Source: Polyangiales bacterium
GTDB lineage: Bacteria; Myxococcota_A; Polyangia; Polyangiales; Polyangiaceae
Direction: 5' to 3'
Assembly (NCBI GenBank): GCA_038231275.1
Contig: JBBRLQ010000018.1
Coordinates: 130,504 to 194,503 of the forward strand
DNA: 64,000 nucleotides
Made by a program: the position numbers and the translations under genes. The notes beneath the pieces were generated by a model, which ran no database searches, had not been told where the DNA came from, and saw only the letters and a program-made list of their open reading frames with translations. This document shows, piece after piece, positions 28,486 through 38,200 of this stretch (positions are counted from its first letter, which is position 1; each line of letters opens with the position of its first letter).

Positions 28486-31458
28486 CTAGAGGCGGTTGAC
28501 GCCGCCGCCGGCCCCGCCGCCGGGCGTCGGGAGGCAAATGCCCTTGCGGCTCGGGCACGGGTCGCAGCCGTCGGGGAGCCCGTCGCCGTCGCTGTCGATC
28601 GCGCGCGGCTTGTTCGTCGGGCACGTGCCCGCGGGCGTCGCCGGGGAGATGGCCCACACCGGGTTGGCGAACGCGTAGCGGAAGAGGCACGCGCCGCTCT
28701 TCGCGTCCGGCGTGCAGTGCCCGTGGCCGTCGTTGCGCTGGGAGCGGGCGAACGCGCGGACGAAGAGGCGGTCGGGCAGGATGCCGAGCGGGCTCTTGTC
28801 GTCGGCTAGCGAGAGGGCGCTGATCGGAATGTGGACGACGCGGCGGCCCGACATCGACAGAGGCGTGAAGCGCAGGAGGCCGCCGGTCGGGTCTTCCACG
28901 TAGCCGTCGGCGCGCTCGTTCACGGTCTTTCCGCCGCCCACCGGGCGTGTGCGCGAAACGGCAACGGACGGCGTGCCGGAGGAGCGGGGACCGTTGGCGA
29001 CGGGCGCGAAGACCGCGTGGTACGTGGCGCCGACCGTCTTGAGTGCGCCGATGACGATCTCGATCTGCTGAACGTCTCCCCACTCCGGCGTCGACTCCCA
29101 CTCGATGACGAGGGGGATCGTCTTGTCGCCGTACATCTCGATCACGCTGCCCATCTGGGCGTCCGCGTCGTCGATGACGCCGTTACCGTTCTTGTCGATC
29201 GCGATTCGCACCGCGGGTCCGTCGGTGACGGAGAACGTCCCGCTCGTGAGCGCGCTCAAGACCTGCGCGTGCGAGTGCGCGCGGACGTCGGCGATGACAC
29301 CGCCTCCGGCACCCCCGAGCCCACCGAGGCCCCCGTGGCCGCCGTGGACCTTTCCGCCGGGTGCCTTCGAAGCCCCGATCGCCACTGCGCCGCCGCCGAG
29401 GATGATGCTCGCCTTCGCGCCGTCCAGGACGAGGACGTCGGGGGCACCGGCCATGACGAGGTTGCGAGGCTTTCCAATCGCCATGTCGTCGGTCTGCGTG
29501 AGCGCGCGGAAATAGCCGGAGCGATGATAGTTCAGGTCGCCGTGCGCGTCGGAGCCGCCCGCCATGAACATGCGCCGCGGCTCACCCGCCGGCAGCCACG
29601 CGATGCCGGCCGTCGCGCTCGGCATGATCCCGCGGAGCATGAGATCGTCCCACTCCTTCAGACCATGGTGCAGCGTCCACTCCATGCTCGTGCACGCCTT
29701 CGCGTAGCTCGGCTCTGGAAACGTCGCCCACGGATACATTTCGAACTGGCCGGTCACGAAGCCCTTCGGCTGGTCGGTGCGGAAGCCCTGCCCATGCGCC
29801 CAGCTCGGCGACTCGAAACCCATCTCGCGCGTCCGGCCGCTGTTGGCCTCGTTGAGCATGCGGATGTCCTCGTTCCAGAGCTCGAGCCCGAGGACGGCCT
29901 TCGAGTGGAACGCCTCGTCGAGCATGAGCGGCGTGTACGGGACGACGTCGGGGCCTTCGTTGCCGCTCAGGTCGGGCGTCCCGCCGGAGCACGCCCCCGC
30001 GGGAACCGGGTGCGCGAGAAACGCGTACCCCTTCTGCGGGCCGCCCTCGTTTTCCATCTCCGGGAGGACGCCCTGGTAGATGCCGCTCTTGACCATGTGG
30101 CGCCCGCCGCCGCCGAAGACGCCGGTCTTGCTGGCGACGAAGCCGTTCGCGTTCTTTGGGTCGCTCGGCATGTAGACCATGTGCGCGCGCGCCGGATGGA
30201 TGGCGTCCCACCCCTGCACGTCTTTCAGGATCGTCACGCCGAGATCTTGCTGAACGACGTCCTGCGTTCCGCAGTGCGTGAAGCCCTGTCCGTTCCAGCC
30301 GCCGCACAAGTTGCCGAGCGAATAGCTGATCCCGTTGCCGAACAGGAACGATCCGGTGTGCGGAAAATTCGCAGGCAGCTCGGGGATCACGTCGACTTCG
30401 CCGCCCAGGAAGATCTGCGGCGCGACTCCGTGCCCGATCACGTTCTGGGGCAACGCAGCGACGCCGGCGTTCGAATGTCCGTCGAGCGCGGTGGTCTTGT
30501 TGATTCCGCCCTCGCCCCAGAGCTGCTCCCGTAGGAACGCGAAGCGCTCGGCGCTCATGTCGCGGAGCGCAGTGCCGTGGCGCGAGATGGGCTTCTGCAG
30601 GCCGATGCCGTCGTAGTCCGCGTCGAGGATCTGATCGGAGTCCGACGCGTGCTCGGTCGCGAGGACGAAGTCGAGGCCGAGCGAGCCCATCGCGCGAATG
30701 ACGTTGCGGTAGCTGTAGCCCGACTCGCCTTCGTTGTCGGTCCCTTGGCCGTGGAAGTGGAGATCACCGTACGCCCAGCGTGCATCGTGAAAGCGAGGGA
30801 GCGGCGCTTCGCCGGCGTGAACGCTGACGTAGTTCTTCAGCGTCAAAAAATCCGTCGCCTTCGTGCTCGTGCACGGGATCGCGGGGGATCGCGTGATGGA
30901 CGCGGTCAGCGTGAGCATCACGTCGGCTCCAGGGGTGAATCCATCGGGCGTGTACCACGCAGTCGCGTGCCACTCGCTCGTGCCGTGAAGGTTTTGGAAC
31001 GCGCCGCACGACTGCGTGCTCGGACGGCAGATGGCGTGCGGCGGCGGACCCTTGCCGAGCTGCCATGCCCCGTTGAGCACGTTGGTCGACGCGTTGCCCG
31101 TCATCTCGACCTCATTCAGGCTCTGGAACGGGATGTTGCGCGTGACCGATCCGTGGGCGACGTCAAGGTGGCAAAAGTTGCCGAGCATGTTGTTCACCGG
31201 GACGAGCCCGCCCTTGGGGTCTTTGCTGGGCGTGAGGTTGTCGAACGGGATCACGTTCTCGTCGAGGATCGTGACCGAGATGGGAATGGCGCCGTACGTC
31301 GGTCGCCCAGCCGCATCCATCACAGGCTCGATGCGCCAGGGGGCGTCGAGCGCATAGTCGAACGTGCCCTCGAGGCCTCCCATGGCGGAGGTGTCTCGCG
31401 CGGCGAGCACCAGCGTCGGAAGGAGAAACAGCGGCGTTACAAGCGGGCGAATGCGCAT
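28486..31458 (-). CDS. Large exported PHP-fold metallohydrolase-like protein
   Basis: Signal peptide. PHP-like motifs GDLHFH, GLDFVLATEH, GGE, AFLAHP, GLELWN, GGSDAH. C-terminal DSDGDGLPDGCDPCP Ca-binding-like repeat. GGAGG SD. Confidence 0.75.
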   Translation of the reverse strand: MRIRPLVTPLFLLPTLVLAARDTSAMGGLEGTFDYALDAPWRIEPVMDAAGRPTYGAIPISVTILDENVIPFDNLTPSKDPKGGLVPVNNMLGNFCHLDVAHGSVTRNIPFQSLNEVEMTGNASTNVLNGAWQLGKGPPPHAICRPSTQSCGAFQNLHGTSEWHATAWYTPDGFTPGADVMLTLTASITRSPAIPCTSTKATDFLTLKNYVSVHAGEAPLPRFHDARWAYGDLHFHGQGTDNEGESGYSYRNVIRAMGSLGLDFVLATEHASDSDQILDADYDGIGLQKPISRHGTALRDMSAERFAFLREQLWGEGGINKTTALDGHSNAGVAALPQNVIGHGVAPQIFLGGEVDVIPELPANFPHTGSFLFGNGISYSLGNLCGGWNGQGFTHCGTQDVVQQDLGVTILKDVQGWDAIHPARAHMVYMPSDPKNANGFVASKTGVFGGGGRHMVKSGIYQGVLPEMENEGGPQKGYAFLAHPVPAGACSGGTPDLSGNEGPDVVPYTPLMLDEAFHSKAVLGLELWNEDIRMLNEANSGRTREMGFESPSWAHGQGFRTDQPKGFVTGQFEMYPWATFPEPSYAKACTSMEWTLHHGLKEWDDLMLRGIMPSATAGIAWLPAGEPRRMFMAGGSDAHGDLNYHRSGYFRALTQTDDMAIGKPRNLVMAGAPDVLVLDGAKASIILGGGAVAIGASKAPGGKVHGGHGGLGGLGGAGGGVIADVRAHSHAQVLSALTSGTFSVTDGPAVRIAIDKNGNGVIDDADAQMGSVIEMYGDKTIPLVIEWESTPEWGDVQQIEIVIGALKTVGATYHAVFAPVANGPRSSGTPSVAVSRTRPVGGGKTVNERADGYVEDPTGGLLRFTPLSMSGRRVVHIPISALSLADDKSPLGILPDRLFVRAFARSQRNDGHGHCTPDAKSGACLFRYAFANPVWAISPATPAGTCPTNKPRAIDSDGDGLPDGCDPCPSRKGICLPTPGGGAGGGVNRL

Positions 31459-31482
31459 TTCGGGCCTCCGCCAGGCGATGAA

Positions 31483-31498
31483 TGCAGTCTGCGCGCCA
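31483..31498 (-). promoter_or_regulatory. Sigma54 (-24/-12) promoter candidate
   Basis: Minus-strand TGGCGCGCAGACTGCA (GG-N10-GC), ending about 25 nt before the ATG at 31458. Confidence 0.65.
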
Positions 31499-31529
31499 CG
31501 GGCCGCGCGCCAAAACTCCTCGCCTTTTT

Positions 31530-31588
31530 GCGCCACGCGCAACACCACGCGGGTTGCACCCCCTTGGGCGCGATGTTGCGCGTGGCGC
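31530..31588. promoter_or_regulatory. Perfect 15-bp inverted repeat with 29-bp spacer; candidate activator site or stem
   Basis: gcgccacgcgcaaca (31530-31544) and tgttgcgcgtggcgc (31574-31588). Confidence 0.6.
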
Positions 31589-31640
31589 CCCTGCGTCCTC
31601 GCCAGGCCCGCGTCAGCTGGCATCGCTAGCGTCGCTGGCG

Positions 31641-32003
31641 TCAGCGTTTTGCGTCAGCTCCGCGCGCGCGCATCGCACGCCACCACCCGCCGCTGAAGAA
31701 GAAGCGCGGGAACGTCACGAACTGCTCCATGAAGATGCGCGTCACGACGTCGCCGGCGCCCTCGAACGGGATCGGCGGCGCCGCCTCGCGCTTGTGGCCG
31801 ATCGCCTGCATCGCGAACGCCACCACCATCGAGGCCAGCGCGCTCGCCGCGAAGACCCACTGCATCGTGACGAGTGATGCGACGAGCGACGCGGTGCTCC
31901 CGATGAACATCGGGACCGCGACGACGTGGATCCACAAATTCAGCTTCGCCCGGTGAAACTCTGGGTACCCGTCCCACTGCCAGCCGAGGAGCCGCGCACG
32001 CAT
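31641..32003 (-). CDS. DUF962/Mpo1-like small membrane protein
   Basis: Y...H....NLWIHVVAVP and QAIGH..E...P His pattern around a hydrophobic core. Confidence 0.7.
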   Translation of the reverse strand: MRARLLGWQWDGYPEFHRAKLNLWIHVVAVPMFIGSTASLVASLVTMQWVFAASALASMVVAFAMQAIGHKREAAPPIPFEGAGDVVTRIFMEQFVTFPRFFFSGGWWRAMRARGADAKR

Positions 32004-32012
32004 CGCGCGAGA

Positions 32013-33155
32013 TTACTTCACGGCGCGGGGGGCGACGAGGACCCGAAGGATCTCCTCGACGGACCCTGCGTCGTGGCCACTCGCCGTGAGCACGAGGCCG
32101 CTGGCGCGGTGCCGCATCGTGATCGTGGAGGCCCTGAGCTTTCGGGAGAAGCGCTCTGGCGGGGCGGGAACGCGCGTGACGTCCACCTCCGAGTCCGCTG
32201 CCGGTGGCGGCGCCGCGCGGACGTCGAGCCCGGCGTGCGAGGGCGAGCTGGCAAGGACGCGCAGCACGCCCACGGCGAAGGGTTCACGAACGAGTCGCAC
32301 TCGGGTTCCGTCGGCGAGCGTCGCCGGATGCATTCGCCACCCAAGCGACCACGGCAGCTCCTCCCAGGTGCCGGCTTCACCGACCACCCGAACGAGCGCG
32401 TCGCGCGGATCGTCGGCGTGCGGGAAGCGCCTCTCGTGCTCGCTCAGCCACCGCGCGTGCTCGACGATGCGGTCGAAGGTGACCCTGGTCACGGGCATGT
32501 CGGGGGCGACGTCGATCGCCGCGTCGACCAGCGTCCCGGCCGCCCCAATCTCCCACTCGACGCGCTCCCGCCAGGTTTCGACCGCGCTGCGACGCGCGGC
32601 ATCGCCGTGAATCGGCATGCCCACGACGCGATCGCGGGCTGCGAGGAGCATCCGATGGGCCGTCTGGAGCGGGACACCCTCGCCTTCGGGGGGCGCGTCG
32701 AAGGCGTCGTCATCGTACGCGACGCTCCACGCTTCCGCCTCGCGCGAGCTCAATTGCAGCGTCTGCATCCGCGTGCCGACCCGCCACACCAGGACCAAGT
32801 TCCCAAAGCGCTCGCGGAGGAGCGTGACGACGCGCGCTGCGCTGGGCGGCCCGCACACTCCGACGAACGCGCGAACAGAAGCGATCGCGTCTGCCTGGCG
32901 CGCGTACTCCCTGCGCGCGGTGACGCGACGGACAGTGTCGTAGAGCTGGTCACCCTCGACGAAGAAGAGGTACCCGCCCGTGTGTCCGCGAAGCGTCCAC
33001 CACGCGCCGCCCTCGGGGTCGGACTCCTGCGTCTTGGTGAAGGCGACCCCCACCGAAGCGAGCGCGTGCTCGGCGTCCGCGATTGGCATCCCTGCGGTGA
33101 CGCAGAAGCGCGCAAGCGGGTGTCCTGTTGACGGAGTGATCGCTTCGCCGTCCAC
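32013..33155 (-). CDS. Hypothetical protein; C-terminal half resembles a degenerate peptide release factor (PCRF/RF-1 domains)
   Basis: GAGGGG SD then GTG at 33155. Collinear by-eye similarity to RF2 (see findings). No GGQ. Confidence 0.55.
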   Translation of the reverse strand: MDGEAITPSTGHPLARFCVTAGMPIADAEHALASVGVAFTKTQESDPEGGAWWTLRGHTGGYLFFVEGDQLYDTVRRVTARREYARQADAIASVRAFVGVCGPPSAARVVTLLRERFGNLVLVWRVGTRMQTLQLSSREAEAWSVAYDDDAFDAPPEGEGVPLQTAHRMLLAARDRVVGMPIHGDAARRSAVETWRERVEWEIGAAGTLVDAAIDVAPDMPVTRVTFDRIVEHARWLSEHERRFPHADDPRDALVRVVGEAGTWEELPWSLGWRMHPATLADGTRVRLVREPFAVGVLRVLASSPSHAGLDVRAAPPPAADSEVDVTRVPAPPERFSRKLRASTITMRHRASGLVLTASGHDAGSVEEILRVLVAPRAVK

Positions 33156-33172
33156 GCGCGGCCCCTCGCCCG

Positions 33173-33850
33173 CTAGCCGCGCGGGCGGGCGCCGGTCACG
33201 AAGGAGATGAGCCACTCGAGCGTCTCCCAGATGCGGAGGACGCGCAGCGGACCGTCGAGCCACCCGGTCGTGATGCAGTAGTTCCGCGTATGCGGCGCGA
33301 CGTGGTGCGCGTGGTGGTGCACCGGCGACAAGATGATGCGCATCCGCTGGAGCAGGCGAACGAGGCCCGGCGGACGATCCATGTGCGCCCACTTGTGGAT
33401 CTGGCTCGTGAACGCGATGAAGATCGCGCCCGACATCATGCAGTACGCCGTGAACTGGCTTGCCGCGTGGATGCCCGAGCCCGACAGGATGATCGAGAGC
33501 GCGCAGTTGTGGCCGTTCGTCTCGATGAAGTCGTGCTGGAGCATCGCCTTCTCGTCGACGTGGTGCTCGCGGAAGGTGCGAATTGCCAATGCGCCGACGA
33601 CCGGCGTCCGCACGGTGCCCCAGGTGTCGAACATCCAATGCACGGTGCCGCTCGTGAGATCGGCGAGGAGCATGCCGAGCACGATCGCGAAGACCGCGTC
33701 GGCGAACGAGATGCCTGGCCCTTGCCATAGGCGCCAGATGAGCCAGGCGCCGCCGGCCGCAGCGAGGCCTATTCCACCGTACTCGTAGAGCCGGTGGCCG
33801 GAGGTGTAACCGGCCGCGAGGGCGCGGGCTTCTGACGGATCGCGGGTCAC
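33173..33850 (-). CDS. carF: CarF/TMEM189 plasmanylethanolamine desaturase family
   Basis: ADLTSGTVHWMFDTWG, FREHH, QIHKWAH, HHHAHH.APH.RNYCITTGW His boxes. Confidence 0.88.
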   Translation of the reverse strand: MTRDPSEARALAAGYTSGHRLYEYGGIGLAAAGGAWLIWRLWQGPGISFADAVFAIVLGMLLADLTSGTVHWMFDTWGTVRTPVVGALAIRTFREHHVDEKAMLQHDFIETNGHNCALSIILSGSGIHAASQFTAYCMMSGAIFIAFTSQIHKWAHMDRPPGLVRLLQRMRIILSPVHHHAHHVAPHTRNYCITTGWLDGPLRVLRIWETLEWLISFVTGARPRG

Positions 33851-33963
33851 GATGATGCTACGTCCGAGCCCGCGCGGCGGTTCCTCCGGCGAGCGTCAAA
33901 GAAGGGGCGGGTCATCATTGGAGCCCATCGTACCCCGGCCCGTGTCCTGCTAAAAGCCACTCG

Positions 33964-34587
33964 ATGCCTGCCTTGCGAGGGTCCCTCACGTATGCGCGTT
34001 TTTTCGTGGACGGAGAGCCCCCCGATGATCTCCGGGAGCGCTTCATGCGGGCGATTCGCCTGCGCGCGATGCGGCCCCTGGAGCCGGACGACGAGGCGCT
34101 CGAGAGCGTCGGCTGGTGCAAGATCGGCGAGCCGTTCGATCTGGAGCTCGGGTACGAGGACGTCTTTTACAACGAGTACGTGAACCTCGGCTTCCGCGTC
34201 GATCGCTGGGTGATTCCCGGGCCGCTCCTCCGCCGCAAGGTCCGCGAGGCCGAGACCGCGGCGCTCGCCAAGAAGGGGCGCGAGCGATTGAGCCGGCGTG
34301 AAAAGACGGAGCTGAAGGAGCTCGTCGCGCGGAAGCTCCGGCGCGATCTGGTCCCCGCGATGCGCGCGGCGGATCTCTCGTGGTCGCTCGAAGAGGGGAT
34401 CGTCCGCTTCTTCAGCCTGTCGCCGCGCACGACGGGGATGATGAGCGATCTCTTCCAGCGCACGTTCTCGCTCAAGCTGGTGCCGGAGGCGCCGTACACG
34501 CTCGCCGCGCGCCTCGGGCTCTCGAGGGTCGAGGAGACGGCGTGGCAGGCGCTCGAGTCCATCGACCTCGCCGCGAAGGAGGCCTGA
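33964..34587 (+). CDS. RdgC-like protein (deltaproteobacterial type)
   Basis: GSLTYARFFV.G, ESVGW, LG.RVDR..IP..LL, LSR.EK.ELKE.V...L resemble the RdgC N-terminal region. Confidence 0.6.
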   Translation: MPALRGSLTYARFFVDGEPPDDLRERFMRAIRLRAMRPLEPDDEALESVGWCKIGEPFDLELGYEDVFYNEYVNLGFRVDRWVIPGPLLRRKVREAETAALAKKGRERLSRREKTELKELVARKLRRDLVPAMRAADLSWSLEEGIVRFFSLSPRTTGMMSDLFQRTFSLKLVPEAPYTLAARLGLSRVEETAWQALESIDLAAKEA

Positions 34588-34588
34588 C

Positions 34589-35278
34589 GTGCAGCTCTTG
34601 GATCGCATTGAGAAGCGTCGCTTCGTGGGGCGCGAGTTCCTCCTCTGGCTCTGGTTCGAGTCCGAAGTCTTCGAGGGCACGCTCTCGACCGAAGCGCACG
34701 GCGCGTTCGGGATGTGGATCGAGAAGAGCTTCACGCTGTCGGCCGGCAAGGAGACGACGCGCATCAAGGGCGCGTATCCCGCCGGCAGCCGGGAGGCGAA
34801 GGAAGCGCTCCTCCGCGGTAAGCTCCCCGAAGCATGTGGTCTGCACATATCGCTGCACGATCAGGAGACGAGCTTCACGCTGAAGGCGGAGCAGATGGCG
34901 TTCACGGGGCTGCGCCTGCCGACGGTGCTTGGAGGCGCGGAGGACGAAGCGCCGAAGCTCCTCGACGAGCCGGGGCCGCCGAAGCGATCGAAAAAGCGCG
35001 CGAACAAAGCGGACGATCCGAGCGACGAGGCGCACGAGGCGTTCTACGAGCGCATGCACCTGACGCGCGAGATCGAGGGGCTCGTCGAGGCGCTCTATCG
35101 CGATTTTCTCGCGCTGCGCCTGGGGCCGACGTGGGAGGACGTCGTCGCGCCGGCGCTCCTGGCGTGGGCGAGCGGCGACGCGAAGGTGGACGCGGACGCC
35201 TATCGTGAGGCCTCGCGCGGCGGCCTCGCAGTGCGAGGCGGGACGAAGGGTGTAAGGAAGAAGGCTGCCGCACGTTGA
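34589..35278 (+). CDS. Conserved hypothetical protein, partner of the RdgC-like gene
   Basis: FVGREFLLWLWFESE, EAKEALLRGKLP, FYERM, FL.LRL...W. One-nt gap from the upstream stop. Confidence 0.6.
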   Translation: MQLLDRIEKRRFVGREFLLWLWFESEVFEGTLSTEAHGAFGMWIEKSFTLSAGKETTRIKGAYPAGSREAKEALLRGKLPEACGLHISLHDQETSFTLKAEQMAFTGLRLPTVLGGAEDEAPKLLDEPGPPKRSKKRANKADDPSDEAHEAFYERMHLTREIEGLVEALYRDFLALRLGPTWEDVVAPALLAWASGDAKVDADAYREASRGGLAVRGGTKGVRKKAAAR

Positions 35279-35295
35279 AGGGGGAGGAGCCCCCC

Positions 35296-38200
35296 ATGCG
35301 ATCCCTTCATTTCTCGCGAATTCCGACCGTTTGCGTCCTCGCCATCGCCGCCTCCGCCTTTGGGGGATGCGCGCACCAAGGGGGGCCGCGCACGGCGTGG
35401 CAGATGCCCGCGGAGGAGTGGCCGGCGGTCGCGACGACCAGCGCGGCGATCGCGACGAGCCCCGTCAGTCTCACCGCCTCCGACGGCACCGGCCTCAGGC
35501 TGGTGTCGCTCGAGGCGCGCGCGTCGGTCGACGATCCGCTCGCCTTCACGGAGCTCGCGCTGACCTTCGAGAACCCGAACGATCGCGTCCTCGAAGGCAC
35601 GTTCCGCATCACGCTCCCCGAGAAGGCGTCGGTGAGCCGCTTCGCGATGAAGATCGGCGACGAGTGGCAGGAGGGCGAGGTCGTCGAGCTCCAGGCGGCG
35701 CGCCGCGCGTACGAGGACTTCTTGCATCGGAAGCAAGACCCCGCGCTCCTCGAGCAGGCGGCCGGCAACGAGTTCTCGGCGCGCGTGTTTCCGATCCCGG
35801 CGCGCGGCAAAAAAGAGATCATCCTCTCGTACGCGCAGGAGCTGCCCGAAGGGCGTTACACGCTTCCCCTGAAGGGGCTTCCCGAGGTCGCGTCGCTCAA
35901 GGTCAGCGTGGCCACGACCGACAAGAGCGCGCCCGCGCCGCTCAAGCTCGCGCACGCGGCGCCTTCTTCCGACTACTCCGTGCAGATCACGCGCGCGCAG
36001 TCCGCGCCGTCGATTCGCGCGGGGAGCCTCGTCGCTGCGGCCGTGCGGTCGCACCTCGCGACGAGCGCCGATCCTGTCCATTCGGCGATCGTGCTCGTCG
36101 ACACCAGCGCATCGCGCGCGCTCGGCTTCGACGGCGAGCTCGCGACGCTCCAACAGGTCGTGCGCGGGTGGGCGACGCGGCACGTGCCAGTCACGGTCGC
36201 CGCGTTCGATCAATCGGTGAGCGTCGCCTTCGAAGGGGACGCGGCGAGCATGCGCCCCGCCGATCTCGCGAAGCTCCACGATCACGGCGCGCTCGGCGCG
36301 TCCGATCTCGAGGGGGCGCTGAAGTTCGCGGGAGCGCGCGCCGCCAAAACGCACGCCACGCGGGTCGTGATCGTGACCGACGGCGTGGCGACGCTCGGCG
36401 CGACCGAACCCGCGAAGCTGAAGGAGGCGGCCGCTGCGCTTCGCTCTGCGGGCGTCGAGCGCGTCGACGCGATCGCCGTCGGCGGAATTCGCGATCAGGC
36501 CGCGCTCGCACAGATCGTCCACGCGGGCCTCGCGCACGACGGCATCGTCGCCGACGGATCGAGCGACGCGGCCGACGTCGCGCGCCGCCTCGACCTCGCG
36601 ACGCGCTCCGGGCTCAACGTCGTGGTCGAAGGCGCGACTTGGTCGTGGCCGAAGAAGCTCGACGGCGTGCAGGAAGGCGACGTCACGCTCGTGTACGCGG
36701 AGGTCCCCGAGGGGAAGCCTGTTCGCGTGAAGGTCGGCGACGCCGGAGCTGTGAGCCTCGATCCGCGTCCGTCCGACAGGCCGCTCATCGAGCGCGCCGT
36801 CGCGCAGGCGCGCATCGCGAGCCTCTTCGAGAGGAAGGCGAACGATCCGAAAAGCGCGCGCGCGCTCGATCGCGACATCGTCGCCTTGTCAGTGAAAAAT
36901 CGCGTGCTCTCTCCGCTGACCGGCATGCTGGTGCTCGAGACCGAGCAGGACTACGCGCGCTTCGGCATCGATCGCCGTGCACTCGCCGACATCCTCGTCC
37001 TCCGCGACGGCCACGTCCTCCGCTCGCAGCGCGCGTTTCATGCATTTTCTCCGCAGATCGCGCAGAGCCCGCCGGTCTTGGATGAGCGTCAAAACCGCGA
37101 GGACCGCGATCAGGGGCCGCCCCCCGCCGACGCGCCGGGTGCGTCCGCTGGCGGCGCGCCGCAGCCGTCGTCTCCGTCCTCCGCGCCGATGTCGCCGGTG
37201 GCCAAGTCGTCTGCCTCGGCGTCCGCTCCTCCGGGTGCCGCCGCGCCGGACATGCGCCCTGCGCCCGCGCCGCCTGCCCCGCCGCCTTCCCAAACGTCCA
37301 CCTCCACGCCGCCGCCCGCGCCCGTGATCATGGCCGAGTCGCCGCGCGAGTCGATGCCTTCGGGCGCGCCGGTCGCCGCCGAGCCGCCGCCGCGCGTTCA
37401 CCCGTACACCGGTCGCTTCGCCACCGTGATGGCGATGCTCGCGCGCGGCGACGTGCGCGGCGCGATGGGGCGCGCCAAAGAGTGGCGTCACGACGATCCG
37501 GCCGACGTCCTCGCGCTCCTTGCCCTCGGTGAGGTCTACGAGAAGGCCGAGCAGCCGGCCGAGGCCGCGCGCGCGTACGGATCGATCGTCGATCTGTTCG
37601 CGAACCGCGCCGATCTCCGCCGCCTCGCCGGCGAGCGCCTCGAGCGGCTCGCGAACGGCGCGGGCCTCGACGTCGCGATCGACACGTTCACCAAGGCCGT
37701 CGAGATGCGCCCCGATCATCCCTCGTCGCACCGCCTCCTCGCGTACGCCCTCGTGAAGCGCGGCGCCTACGCCCGCGCGTTCGAGGCCGTGAAGAAGGGC
37801 GCGATGCAGGAGTACCCGTCGGGCCGATTCCTCGGCGTCGATCGCATCCTCCGCGAGGATCTCGGTCTCGTCGCCGCCGCCTGGATCAAGGCGGAGCCGG
37901 CGAAGAAGGGCGAGATCCTCTCCAAGCTCCGCGCCGCGGGCGGCACGCTCGAGGACGCTCCGTCGCTCCGCTTCGTCCTCAACTGGGAGACCGACGCGAA
38001 CGACGTCGACTTCCACATCCACGACGGCGAAGGCGGCCACGCGTTCTACGGCGCCAAGCAGCTTCCGAGCGGCGGCGAGCTCTACGCCGACGTCACCACC
38101 GGCTACGGCCCCGAGTGCTTCGCCATCCGCGGCAAGAAGCGCGCGACGCCGTACACGCTCGAGGCGCACTACTACTCGCGCGGCCCGATGGGCTACGGAA

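Noticed and set aside
25592..29101. 1169-aa minus-strand ORF and many other long Arg/Ala-rich overlapping ORFs (e.g. 39496-41892, 45159-47174, 10040-12583)
   Set aside because: These are shadow frames caused by stop-codon scarcity in very GC-rich DNA. They overlap genes with clear motifs and show none of their own.
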